DNA from: the human T2T-CHM13v2.0 reference genome, Homo sapiens
Direction: 5' to 3' (one strand)
Assembly (NCBI RefSeq): GCF_009914755.1
Contig: NC_060928.1
Length of the DNA: 64,000 nucleotides
Below the pieces are notes generated by a model that was given only the letters and a program-made list of their open reading frames with translations, was not told the DNA's origin and did not search any database. Numbering within the stretch: the stretch's first letter is position 1; every line of letters starts with the position of its first letter. The translations under genes and the position numbers were made by a program. Below are positions 26,781 to 40,219 of the stretch, one piece after another.

Positions 26781-27208
26781 GCTGTCTCCTTGTGCTAAGT
26801 CAGTTACTGGGTGGGGACCACAAAATCAGATGAGCCAGTTTATCAATCTGATTGGTGCCAGCTGATCCATCAAGGGCAGGGTTTACAAAATATCTTAAGC
26901 ACTGATCTTGAGAGCAGTTTAGGTAGGGTCAAAATCTTGTAGCTTCCAGCTGTGTGACTCCTAGGCCATGGCTTCTAATCTTGTGGCTAATTTCTTGGTC
27001 TGGTGCCCAGGCAAGAGGGAAGTATATATTAAGAAGGGGCTGTTATTATCTTTGTTTTAGACTATTAACTAAACCAGGCTCCTCTCAAAGTTAGTTTGGT
27101 CTACACCCATGGATAAGCAAGGACAGCTTCGGGGCTGGAAACAAAACAGAGTTGTTTGGGTCAGATCCCTTTCACTTTCTTGGTCACAATTTTCCAATGA
27201 CAGTTTCA
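26781..27208 (-). mobile_element. LTR8-like fragment (5' ~430 bp), antisense within the ERV
   Basis: Reverse complement begins tgaaactgtcattggaaaattgtgacc; contains ttgatggatcagctggcacc and gataaactggctcatctgat. Confidence 0.8.
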
Positions 27209-30200
27209 AAAGCTGCTTATCATCCCTTTGAAAATACCTCATACATTCACAGTTAAGTCATAATCGAATTAAGGCTTATTGGTTTCACCTATGAGGTTAC
27301 TTTTTGTAGAGTTCGAAAGCTGAGAATCTTAACTGCTTGGCATGGCTAACATCAAGTAACAAGGGATTTAAAAGGATTTTCTTAGAGAGTGCTCAGCTTA
27401 ATTAAAAGTGGATATTCGAGTTATAGGTATATTTAAAAAGCCTTTATGTTTTTCTGTTCTTGGATCTTGTTTTTCTGAAAAAAGATTTTTTTTCTTCTCA
27501 GTCAACTGAATTATTGTCTTGCGACTCTTAATGCACACATGAGAGGCCCTAAGACCTAAGATAACTTCTGGTAGCATGGGACTCCTTGAGAAAAACAGAG
27601 GAGACACCACAGACACTGTTTTGGGAAAAAAAAACTCCATTTTCCTCATGAAACCCCAAGAATTAAAAGCAGATAATTTCCTCTCAAAATCAAAGGCTCT
27701 GTTCTGTTTTACATTGTGTTATCTGACAGTTTTGAGTTTTGGGGCTATCAAATTCACATTAGGAGACAGCTTTGGTATGTAATAACTAGGTAGAAAATAC
27801 ACTTTAAGGGATGGCTAATGGTAATTATAAATCAGAGAAGCATGCTCTTAGCTACCTGAAAGACATGAAAACATTCCTCTCCCCACCACTGAGAGATAAG
27901 ACTCCCATGGAAGATGGGCTGATTACAAAATAAGCTGATTGGCTTTGGGTTTCCTTGCAATGAAATGTGTGACAGAAGCACTGTACTGTCTTCTTCCATA
28001 GTATCTCCCTCCCTTTGAGGATCCAAAATTCAGTATAAAATGGCACCCTTAATTTTAGGGATCTGTCTTTGCCTTCAGCTGTGCCTGCTTCTCAGGCCCT
28101 AAAAATGCATTCTACTGGCCCTGCTCCTCCAAAGGTTCCATCCTGAAGCCAGTGATCTAAGTAAGAAACTGGCAAATAAAAAATCTTATGAGTGATGAAC
28201 CTTCTGTCTGTGTTGCTATATATATGTTTTGTGTAATGTCTACAAAAAGATCTCTAATTGATTGGCTTAAAAGAAAATGAGCACTTAAATAAAATATGTT
28301 TTAGTTCATGTGACTTTAATCTTTAAGGAATAAAAATAGTCTTAAGGATTATTGGTAAAATGTAATAAAAGTAAAGTGTCATCAAAATGCAAATAGATGG
28401 TCTAAATCATACAACTTAGATACTAGGTTTGCTAAATGTTCCAAGGTTGTATAAGGCCTGGGACACATGGAGTTAGATGCTGGGAAAAGTCAGACTTTAT
28501 CTGCACTTCTGTCTTGGTCCTAGGCTCCACATCTGGTACATAATTAAAATTGCTTACTAACCAGGTTTTTCACCAAAAGTAAAAGTTGCTGAGTTAACAG
28601 TGCAACATGTATTTGAGATCACCAAACAGTGTTACATGCAAGGCTTATAAAAACAGTAAAATGTATTTTTTAGTAAAAGATTATAAGAAAGCATGGAAGT
28701 GTAAATTTTGCACAAGGATAAGGAATTATCTTAAATTTAATAAGATAAAGCTAAACACTTAAGTTAGTTGTGGAAAGACTGTAAAAATTAATCTTGCAAA
28801 AATATGTAACATTAACTAAATTCAAAAGGGTACTCTATCGTCTTTTCATAAATTGAGCATTGAAATAAAAGCACAGCAAGGTTGTCTTAAGATGCTAATC
28901 TGCCCTTTGGCAAAAGAGTTATAAAAGGTTTGCAAAGATTTTACCTCATGGTGAAATTGGTTAAGATTAGATAGAATCATCTATAAGGTTTCATTTAAAT
29001 AAATTGGAGTTAACATTAATATACCAATGCAAAAGTAAATTTGACTTTGAACAGGATTTTCATGTAATAGTAAAGGCTAATAAAAGGTTTTTGCCTTTTG
29101 AGTCATTTTGGCAAAATAAATAATTTATGGCAATTTGAAATTCTATTTCATAACATCAAGTGTTTTAAACCTCTAACATTTAACAGGTGTCCCAAATTCA
29201 AGCGTCAAGTTTCAAAACTGTCTTTCCTAATGCCTGATTTTCTGGATGGTTCAGAGGACCCCTGAAACATTCAGAAAAGAGGTGAACCAGATCGTTTGAC
29301 ATTTTCAGTTGCATGAGATTGCCAAAATGATGTCTAATCTTCTTTAAGTTATATTTTGTTGAGTAATACTAATATATGTTCCAAAATTGTATGGGATTTC
29401 TAAAATTCTAATGTCTGAATATATGCTATCAATCCTAATTAAGGGTAAAGTTATTGTAAACCACAGAGATAACTAAACTTCTTTGTCAGTTGTGTTTTTA
29501 AGTGTAACTACCTTGGAAATTGTGTCACTCACAGACAATTGTTGTCTTCCTTTGTTCCTTTTCAACAGATGGGTTATAATCAAGCTATAAGACTTTAACA
29601 GGTGTTCTCAAATGCAGGTTTCCAATAGCTTTCAAGATTGTAAATTGGAATAGAGAAAAAAAAGGAAAGGATTCATGAAGAACTAAAATGTTCATAAAAG
29701 TCAAGCAAAACAAGAGTTAACTAAATGGACTGCACTCAGAAAGTTAAAGCAAACTTTTGGACTTTTGCTTGGAATATTTCTGATCCTCGTTTTGTTTTTC
29801 AGAGTTAAGGAAACTTATTTTGAACTTTTTACAGCCTTTAATAATTGAGCAATGTGTATTCCTCTGAACAAAATTTGGAGCACGTTTGTTTCTCTCTGCC
29901 TGGATCCTCTAGAATTTGGTAACTATCTGTGAGTACTCTTAACTTATGGCAATATAGTTGTTTGCATCAGTGCAATAAGAATCCATTTCACTTTTTCAAC
30001 AGGACACAATTGGAAAAACTGTTATTTTATCAAGGCTTTGACTGGAAGGGTATGCTGCCTTCTAAGGAGTCAATCTTGACTTGAAGAGCCAATAAAAACC
30101 CTGTCAGGAGAACTGACCTCATACCTTGTCAACACAGTCCCTGCACAGGGTTCCTAACCTGTGGTCAGTAAAGAATGCCACTCTCTAACAGATCCAGGAG

Positions 30201-30367
30201 TTCCAAGTTCATCTTGGGACCTTAAGAGAAAAGGATCACCCAACTCACAGGTATTCGAGGATACAAGCCCATGGCTGGGCTTTAAAAGGTTTTTATCTGA
30301 GATTCCTTGAGGAACAGAGTTCCATCAAAGACAATCCAAAAGGCCTATATGGAAATAATTATTCTTG

Positions 30368-31349
30368 CTGCACAGCAAAAGAAACTGTCATCAGAGTGAA
30401 CAGGCAACCTATAGAATGGGAGAAAATTTTTGCAATCTATCCATCTGACAAAGGGCTAATATCCAGAATCTGCAAAGAACTTAAACAGATTTTCAAGAAA
30501 AAAACAAACAACTCCATTCAAAAAGTGGGAAAAGGATATGAAAAGACACTTCTCAAAAGAAGACATTTATGTGATCAACAAACCTATGAACAAAAGCTCA
30601 TCATCACTGGCCATTAGAGAATGCAAATCAAAACCACAATGAGATACCATCTGATGCCAGATAGAATGGCAATCATTAAAAATAAGGAAACAAAAGATGC
30701 TGGAGAGGATATGGAGAAATAGAAACGTTTTTATACTGTTGGTGGGAGTGTAAATTAGTTCAACTATTGTGGAAGACAGTGTGGCAATTCCTCAAGGATC
30801 TAGAACCAGAAATATCATTTGACCCAGCCATCCCATTGCTGGATATATACCCAAAGGATCGTAAATCATTCTGCTATAAAGACACATTCACACATATGTT
30901 TATTGCAGGACTTTTCACAATAGCAAAGACTTGGAACCAACCCAAATGTCCATCAATGATGGACTGGATAAAGAAAATGTGGCACATATACACCATGGAA
31001 TATTATGCAGCCATTAAAAAGGATGAGTTCGTGTCCTTTGCAGGGATATGCATAAAGCTGGAAACCATCATTCTCAGCAAACTAACACAGGAACAGAAAA
31101 CCAAACACCACATGTTCTCACTCATAAGTGGGAGTTGAACAATGAGAACACATGGACACAGGAGGGGAATATCACACACCAGGGCCTGTCAGGGTTGGGG
31201 GACTAGGGGAGGGATAGCCTTATGAGAAATACTTAATGTAGATGATGAGATGATGGGTGCAGCAAACCACTATGGAACGTGTATACCTATATAACAAACC
31301 TGCACTTGCTGCACATGTATCCCAGAACTTAAAGTATAATTTTAAAAAA
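30368..31349 (+). mobile_element. 5'-truncated L1PA7/8-like element (ORF2 C-terminus and 3' UTR)
   Basis: ORFs [12 protein letters not shown] and [31 protein letters not shown]; 3' UTR ends gtatcccagaacttaaagtataat. Confidence 0.95.
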
Positions 31350-32183
31350 TTGGGCAAAAGACATGAGTAGACATTTTTCAAAAGCAGATATATACAAACA
31401 GCCAACAGACATGAAAAAAATGTTCAATATCACTAATCATCAGGGAAATGCAAATTAAAACCATGATGAGATACCACCTTACTCCTTCGAGAATGGCAAT
31501 AGTAATAATAATAATAATAAAAGATAGATGTTGGCGTGGATTTGGTGAAAAGAGAACACTTTTATGCTGCTGGTGGGAATGTAAACTAGTGCAACCACTA
31601 AATCTGTCTGGAGCTCCCTTAAACAAATAAAAGTAGAACTACCATTTGACCCAGGAATTCCACTACTAGCTATCTACCCAAAGGAAAAGAAGTCATTATA
31701 TGAAAAATATGCATACACACACATGTTTAGAGGAGCAGAATTTGCACTTGAGAAGATATGGATACAACTTAAGTGTCCATTAATCAATGAGTGGATAAAG
31801 AAAATGTGGTATATATATATACACCATGGAATACTATTCAGCCATAAAAAGGAACAAAATAATGTCTCTTGCAGCAACTTGGATAAAGCTGGAGGCCATT
31901 ATTTTAAGTGAAGCAACTCAGGAATGGAAAACCAAATATCATAGGTTCCCATTTATAAGTGGGAGCTAAGCTGTGAGGGCATACAGGGACAGGAATGATA
32001 TAGTGGACTTAGAGGACTCACCGGGAAAGGTTAAAAGGTGGGTGAAGAATAAAATACTATATATCGGATAAAGTGTACATTGCTTGGGTAACAGTTGCAC
32101 CAAAATCCCAGAAATCACCACTAAAGAACTTATGCATGTAACCAAAAACCACCTGTATCCCCAAAACCATTGAGAAAAAAAAT
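31350..32183 (+). mobile_element. L1PB-like 3' portion
   Basis: [13 protein letters not shown]; 3' end gaaatcaccactaaagaacttatgcatgtaaccaaaaaccacctg followed by an A tail. Confidence 0.9.
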
Positions 32184-34499
32184 TCAAGTTTTGTTACAAA
32201 GAAGTTCCCAGAATCTTTGTTTTGAAGTATTTCTACACTGAACATTTAGTTTGGTTGTTCCCATTCAAAAATGTGTTAACATGACAAATCATAGTAATGT
32301 TTTCTTACATGTTTCCACACATACACATATATTTTTGTGTAATTCTATCTAGTTTATCTCATTTCCTTGTTTTATTCTTTTTATTATCAACTTAGTTAAA
32401 ATTGAATACTTATTTTGCAGCTATTGCATGCTTATTTTCTTCTATTGTAAATTATTTTGAGATGAAGATATTTATACATAAACCCTTGTCTTTTTTCTTG
32501 TTCTTTCCTTAGGTTGAACTATTATTCACAGAATTCTGAGTTGGAGTTCTGAGCACTTCTGAGAATCTTGGTAAGAATTTTTAAATTGCTTTCCAGAAAA
32601 CTTAACGATTTGTGTGCCTACCGGCCATGTGTTTTAATGCCTGTTTCACTTTATTCTCAGCCATATATTTCATTAAGTGTAAGTTATTACTCATTCTTTG
32701 TTTAAGGCCTCATGAGACTGTTACCTAAAGTATGGAATATTTTTATTAACTCTCATGCCAACAAGTCAGGAACATGGTAGGAAACAATAGCAATGTAAGT
32801 TGCGTATTGACATTCTTACTCTCCCCATAGCTGATAAATTTAGGGTCAGGATAAATGTGATTGGGTTAATTAACCAAACTTCTAACACTTCTAATATGTC
32901 ATGAATTAAGCTGATGTTTGGTGTTCAGAATGACTAATTTAAAAATTAATATTTAGGCAACAAAACCATTAGTTTATTATTTCTTCTGCTGCTACCGGGT
33001 ACAAATCCTGGCAGTGATTTCCAATAAATTGGAAACAAAATAAACAGAAAGTAGAAAATATTTAATGACAGATTAGCATATCAATAAACTGAGGGTGATA
33101 GTAGAAGCCTTTCCTGTAGCTTTTGTTTAAATGGTCTTTAGAGTTTTGCAGTAAAAAGTAAGTAGCTCCGTGGGTTGAGCAGTTTCCAGTTCTCAGTTCA
33201 GGCATAAACTTGCTCTGCAATTTTAGGCAAAAATGAAAGTATCTTCAGGTCTCAATTTCTTCTCTCTATAAGATTTCTGAAATTCATGTCAGTTTTAAAA
33301 TATTGTGATCATATATAGATGAGTATGCTATGCAGTCAGACTTTATAAAAAATGAAGATTCACTCTAACCACATTTGTTGCTGGATATTTATATAATTTG
33401 TACTGTTTCATGATTACAAGTAATGCTAAGATAAGTACTCTTGTATACAGAATTGTATGGCAGATTGTAGTACATATATATAATATATGCATATATGCAT
33501 ATATTATATATATATTATATGTATATAGGCATATATTATATATGTATATATATTATATATATTACATTGATTTGATGGGTCAGATATAATGCATAATTTG
33601 TAGGAATATTTTCAGTCAAGCTTCCATCTAGAAAGGCTGCTATTTTATACTCTCAACAATAGTGCCTTGAGGTACCCATTTTTTCCAGTTAAACATTGGA
33701 TATTATTGAACTTAAATATTTTTTGCCAATTTGATAAGTGAATAGTATCATCACCTCGTTTTTTAAAATTTGTAACACTACTATTTGTAAATGTAAAGTT
33801 GAACTTCTTATTTTTGGGACCCATTTGTATTTCTTTTTACAATAAATTACCTGCTTTATAACCTTTATGCATTTAGCTACTGATCTTTATGCAGTTAAGC
33901 AGTTATCTTGTAATTTATATTTGTAGGAGTTTTTCATAGGTTGTAAAAATATATATCACACATTTTTCCATGTGTTTACTTGCGTATTAACTTTGTATTT
34001 TGTTACAAAAAAAAGTAATGCTCAAAATTTTAAACTTTACTTTTGATGACTTTGAATTTTATTTTAGGAAGGAATATTCTGCCTTAAGCTATTTGCTTGA
34101 GTATTGTTATAGTTGTGTCTATATATATGTGTGTGTATGTGGGGGGAGGTTTGTAGTCTGTCTAGAATGCAATAAATGCTTTCAGATAGAGATATAATTT
34201 TGTTTACCAAAAGGAGAGCCCTTTGTTCCATAACCATTTGTAAAATAGTCTGTTTTTACCCACATTATAAAAATAAATACCACTTATTTTTAAATATACA
34301 TTTATTTTATATTAAATTTCTCCTCTGCCTTATTACTATTCACTTTCTAAATACACTATTCTTGAGCATTTTTTTCTAAGCTAATGGTAGAATTATTTTT
34401 TAAGTACCAATCGGAATTCTTTGAGATTTTATTTGGAATTATCTTGAATGCATAGACTGTTTTTGCAGGAAATAAAATATTTACAACATCAGATTTGAT

Positions 34500-34644
34500 G
34501 ACTGAGTGTGGTGGCTCACACCTGTAATCCTAACACTTGGGTGGCCTAGGTGGGAGGATCGTATGTGCCCAGGTGTTCAAGGCTACAGTGAGCTATGATC
34601 ACACCGCTGCACTTAGCCTGGGCAACAGAATAAGACCCTGTCTC
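34500..34644 (+). mobile_element. Monomeric Alu-type SINE (FRAM/FAM-like)
   Basis: ggtggctcacacctgtaatcc ... cagtgagctatgatcacaccgctgcac ... gaccctgtctc as a single monomer. Confidence 0.85.
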
Positions 34645-34646
34645 AC

Positions 34647-34651
34647 AGAGA

Positions 34652-34693
<42 letters not shown>

Positions 34694-34717
34694 CAGAGAG
34701 ACAGATAGATAGATAAT
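34647..34717. repeat. (GA)n/(GATA)n tract replacing the SINE tail
   Basis: Seen directly. Confidence 0.9.
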
Positions 34718-35069
34718 CCATAAAGAAACATTAAAAATATTTACATTTATATGTGACTTGTTTTATTTAAGTAAGAGTTTTGTTAATTTTATTTTTTGGA
34801 TAGTTGTTTGACCTTAACATTTTTAGTAAACTTATTAAGTCTAAATGCTTTCGTGTCTTTCTTTTTATAAAAATGAATATAATTTCACAATATTTTCAAA
34901 GTGGTCACTGCTGATTATTAGGAAATATATTTATTTTTTATTTCTTTGTATGTAGGGTTCTTAATAAACTTTCTTTTAGTCCTAATTTCTCCAAAACTTT
35001 TTTAAGAGAGATGATTAGATTTACCTGTTATTTATTTTTGCTTAGATTTACCTTTTGTTAAAATTATTT

Positions 35070-37790
35070 ACCATTTTTATGGACATGTAATAGTTGTACA
35101 TATTTATGGAGTACATGTGATATTTTGATACAAGAATACAATATGTTACAATAAAATCAGGGTAGTTGGGATAGCCATCACTTCGAATATTTATTATTTC
35201 TTCATGTTGGAAACATTCCAAATTCAGTCCCCTAGATTTTGAAAAATAATATAAATTGTTCACTACAGTCACCATATTGTGCTGCTAAACACTGAAACTT
35301 ATTTATACTATCTAACAATTTAACTGTATTTTGTTACTCATAAAACAACCCCTCTTGATCCCTTCCTTCCTAGTACCCTTCCCAGCCTCTCATAACCCAT
35401 CATTCTACTATATACCTCCATGAGATCAACTTTTTTTTATAGCTCCCACATATGAGTGAGCACATGTGATATACTTCTTTGCGTGTCTGGCTTATTTCAC
35501 TCAAGATAATGTCCTCCAGTTCCATCTGTGTTGTTGAAAATGACTTGGCTGTATAATATTTTATTGTGTATATGTGCCACATATACTTAATCCATTAATC
35601 TGTTGACGGATACTTATGTTGATTCCATATCTTGGCTATTGTCAAGAGTGCCACAATACGCATGGGAATGCAGATATCTCTTTAATTTACTAATTTTTTT
35701 GGATATATACTTAGCGCTGGGTTTGCTGGATCATACGGTTGTTTTATTTTCTGGTTTTCAAGGAACCTCCATACTATTCTCCATAGCATCTGTACTAATT
35801 TTCTTTTCTTTTCTTTCTTTTCTTTTTTTTTTTTTTTTTGAGACAGTCTTGCTGTGTCGCTCAGGCTGGAGTGCAGTGCTGCGATCTCGGCTCACCACAA
35901 CCTCCGCCTCCCGGGTTCAAGCGATTCTCCTACCTCAGCCTCCTGAGTTGCTGGGATTACACGTGTGTGCCACCATACCGGCTACTTTTTGTATTTTTAG
36001 TAGAGACTGGGTTTCACCATGTTGGTCAAGCTGGTCTCGAACTCCTGACCTCGTGATTCACCCGCCTTGTCCTCCCAAAGTGCTGGGATTACAGGTGTGA
36101 GCCACGATACCCGGCCATCCATACTAATTTTCATTCCAGCCAACAGCGTACAAAGGTTCTCCTTTCTCCACATCCTCATCAGCATCCATTATTATGTCTT
36201 TTTGATGAAATTCATTTTACCTGGAGTGAGATTATATCTCATTGTGGTTTTTATTTGCATTTCTCTCATGATTAGTGACGTTGAACATTGTTTTATATAC
36301 TCATTAGCCATTCACATGCCTTTTGCTGAGAAATGTCTATTCAGATAGTTTAACCATTTTATAATTGTGTTATAGGTTTTTCATTGTTGTTGTTTGCTAT
36401 TGCTTCATTGGCGTGTCCTATATCTCCTGGTTGTTAATCAAGTGTCAGTTGAATAGTATACATAAATTCTCCCATTCTGTAGGTTGTATATTCATTTTTT
36501 GATTGTTTCTTGTGCTGTTCTGTAGGTTTTTGGATTGAGGATCCCATTTGTTAATTTTTGTTTTGGTTGCCTGTGCTATTGAGAAATCTTTGCCCAGACC
36601 AATGTCCTGAAGCATTCACTAAATGCTTCCTTCTAATAATTTCATACTTTCAAGTCTTGCATGTAGGAGTTTAATCCATTTTGATTTCATTTTTATATAT
36701 AAGAGAGAGAAGTCTGATTTTATTCTTCTGCATATGGATATCCAGTTTTTTCAATATTATTTGTTGAAAAGACTATCCTTTCCCTGATGTATGCTCTTGG
36801 TATTTTTGTCAAAAATGAGTTGATTGTAAATTACTAAATTTTTCTGGGTTCTCTATTCTGTTCCATTGATCTATGCACTTGTGTTTATGCTAGTACCATG
36901 CTGTTTTGATCACTGTAGCTTTGTAGTATAATTTGAAATCAAGTAATGTGATGACTCCAGCTTTGTTCTTTTTGCTCAGAATTACTTTGACTATTGGGGT
37001 CTTTGTTGTTTCATGTAGATTTTAGGATTATTTTTTCTATTTATGTGAAGAATATCATTGATATTTTGATAGATACTACTTTGGATATGTAGATTTCTTT
37101 GGATAGTATGGACATTTTAGTGATAGTGAGTCTTATAATTCATGAACATGCAATATAATTCCATTTTTGTGTCCTCCTCAATGTTTTTCATTAATATTTT
37201 ATAGTTTTAATTGTAGAGATCTTTCACTTCTTTGGTTAAACTTATTTTTAGGTATTTTATTTTTTGTTGTAGCTATGATAAATGGGATTGCTTTCTTGGG
37301 TTCTTTTTTACATTGTTTACTGTCAGCATATATAAATGCTACTGATTTTTGTAAGTTGATTTTATATCCTGCAACTTTACTGAATTCATTCATCAGTTCT
37401 AATAGGTTTTTGATGGACTTTTAAAGGATTTGCTAGATGTAAGATTATATTGTCTGTAAACAAGGATAATTTAACATTTTTCTTTCCCATTTAAATGCCC
37501 TTATTTCTTCTTCTCATCTAATTGTTCTGAGTAGGACTTCCAGTACTATGTTGAATGAGAGTGGTGAAAAGTGAGCATCTTTGTTTTGTTCCATAGCTTA
37601 GAAGAAAGGCTTTCAGTCTTCCTTCATTCAGTCTTGTATTAGCTGTGAATTAGTCATATATGGCCTTTATTGTATTGAGGTATCTTCCTTTTATTTCCAG
37701 TTTATTGAGAGTTTTTAATTATGAAAAGGTATTGAATTTTATCAAGTGCTTTTTTGGTGTTTATTGAACTGGTCCTATGGTTTTTATATA
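35070..37790 (-). mobile_element. L1MA 3' ~2.4 kb, interrupted by an Alu
   Basis: 3' UTR gttgtacatatttatggagtacatgtgatattttgatac; ORF2 remnants NEFSKVAGYKINLQKSVAFIY and MWHIYT. Confidence 0.92.
35804..36116 (-). mobile_element. AluS (AluSg-like)
   Basis: Full dimer; 16-bp TSD atctgtactaattttc / atccatactaattttc. Confidence 0.95.
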
Positions 37791-38034
37791 AACAAAATAT
37801 TGGTGCATCCATAAAGACAAATTTCTCTCTGGCAAAATTTGTCTTGTGTTTTTTAAATATCAAAGTTGGTAAAAAGTAGATTATATATTGTTTTTATTAT
37901 ATTTTCTCATACAAATGAAGATAAATTTTAAATTCAGCACATATTAAAATTGTATATATTGTTTTTCTCAATCTACATTTTTTTGGCTTAGAAATTAGGA
38001 AGCGTATTCAGAAAAAATAGCAATGATAGTAGGA

Positions 38035-38110
38035 GTAATGGGCTAAATAATGACCCACCGAAGATGTTCATATTTTAATCTCCACAACCTGTGAACATTT
38101 GACTTGGCAA
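38035..38110 (+). mobile_element. MLT1 LTR 5' fragment
   Basis: ataatgacccaccgaagatgttcatattttaatctccacaacctgtgaaca. Confidence 0.55.
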
Positions 38111-39639
38111 AAAAAAAAAAAGTGCCAAAAAATCAAGGACACCTCCAGCAGTACCTGTGTACTTTGTCAGGGAAGTAATAGCCTTCCCACTGAAATTCCT
38201 CCTTGTGCAAAACTATGTCACACAGACAACCTTACATTTGAAAATGCTAAAACATCAGTTTCAGCTTTTTTAGCATTAGGATAGAGACAGGCCAAGAATA
38301 AAGAGGTTTTATAATAATTGCTGGGCCAACCAGTATATATTTGCAGCCAAATAAATCTGAGAGAAAATAAGAAAAAAGGGAAGATGTTCATTGACTTGTG
38401 ATTCATTATCACAAATGACATTTATTTTCATTAGTTTAACTGTGCCCATATTTTTAGTAGGTCAAATGACCACACAGAGAGAGCTTTATGACATTTTTCA
38501 AGGAATCACAGATAAGTAAATAACCTTTTTTTAAAAAAGTGGAAGTAACATGGGCCATCATGAATTAACTATTAGTACACAATTTCCACAATTTGTTTTT
38601 CTCTAGATTATGATTCATAATTGAGGCTGGAAAATGTTTATACCTATTAAAAGTAAACTGAATTATATGAGGGATAAAATAAAAGCATATATATAAATAA
38701 TTTCAGTGGATAGTTAGGAGAATATTCTAATACAGAGTAATAATCAAAACCCACAGAAATTAGAACAAATATTCAGGGTGTTTACTGTTTGACAGGTAGT
38801 ATCTTAGGCACAGTGGATAAAACTTTAGCAGTGTAGCTATGACTTATGCTCTTCCTTAGCTTCTTGTTCAGTAGAACAATTAGAGCAATAGCACCATTTT
38901 CAAAAGTTATACAAAGAACTGTAATGTAGGCATTATTTTCTTCATTTTTTTAGAGAAAAAAATGAGACTTAGGAGAAAAAGTGACATAGAAAATGACATA
39001 GAGTTTGAAAATAATCAAATATGAGTTAAATGTGCCCAAACAACCATCTACTGCATTGTACTATACCACCAGCCAGCATTAAACTTATAGTAAAGTCTAG
39101 TTACATCAATTTTACTCCATTAAGAGGTTTTCATCCCCTAGGACAGTACTACACATATCAGCCAAATGGTCTAAAACGTATTTATTAAGCTCCCTGAATC
39201 TTTATTTTGTCATTCATAAAATAGGCAATAATGACTTTCCTGTGAAATTACTAAAAGGTCTTGATAAGAAAATATGTATAATGAACTTTATTATATCCCC
39301 TAGCAGAAGTGCATTTGTGTTATAGTCCTGGATGTCAAAAGTCCAAAATGAGTCTCAAATCAAGGTGTCAGTAGGGCTGAGTTTCCTCTGGAAGTTCATT
39401 AATGATAGCTAGTTTGTGATTAACATTGAGATTATAAACTTTATGAAGGCAGGGACTTGTCGTTAGCTTTATTTAACATGAACATAGTGTCATGAATGCA
39501 ACGAGGACTCTACAAATATGAGACTGGCCATTTTCTATTTAAGAAAAGTAAACAAACATTTAAATAAATATAAATAAATCAGTTTTCATTTTATATTAAG
39601 TTTCTATTATTAATAATCCAATACATATAGAATAAAGCA

Positions 39640-40130
39640 GTGATTACCAATTGTTTACTGATTATACAATTGGCCAAAAAGGAAAAAAGGAAAAACAGCT
39701 ATTTTATAAAGAATATATAAATGTTGGCACTCTTACTCTGATCATGGTAGTGTTAATATGGGCATGACATGAAAAACTTTAAAAGGCACATTTCTTTTTT
39801 GAACCCAACTATTAACAGTTTTAGGCATTTGCTCTAAGGAAATTATCAGAACTTCCATATCAGTTTACATGTAAGAATGTTCTCTATAATAATATATAAA
39901 TAGTGATATATTGGGAACTGCCTAAATACTCTGGACTATACTATTAAATAGTGATTTTTTTATTGTAAATAGATTGCCTTCTTGATTTGACTCTCAGCTT
40001 TATTGATAGAAAATACAATCAATAAATAGTGATGATTATTCCATAGAAATACTACTATGCAGCTATGAAGAGAAATTATCTCAACAAATAATTACAAGAA
40101 AATTTTTCAAACAAGTGAAAAAGAGCACTT
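39640..40130 (+). mobile_element. L1ME 3' fragment
   Basis: tttgaacccaactattaacagttttaggcatttgctctaagg...aaatactactatgcagctatg. Confidence 0.55.
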
Positions 40131-40219
40131 GTATTCAGCTACCCAGGCACTATGGAAATCATGGCTATATTTGTAAAAGTCAAGAACTTTATCAACAAAA
40201 ATCTGTAATGTTGAGAACT

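Larger units (their letters stand above)
33390..35040 (-). mobile_element. Highly decayed L1ME fragments with a TA-rich tract (33473-33560)
   Basis: ctattttatactctcaacaatagtg, ttttgccaatttgataagtgaa and gagattttatttggaattatcttgaat motifs. Confidence 0.5.

Noticed and set aside
34500-36116. Inverted SINE pair as an ADAR dsRNA substrate
   Set aside because: One partner is a short, highly diverged monomer and there is no transcription evidence.
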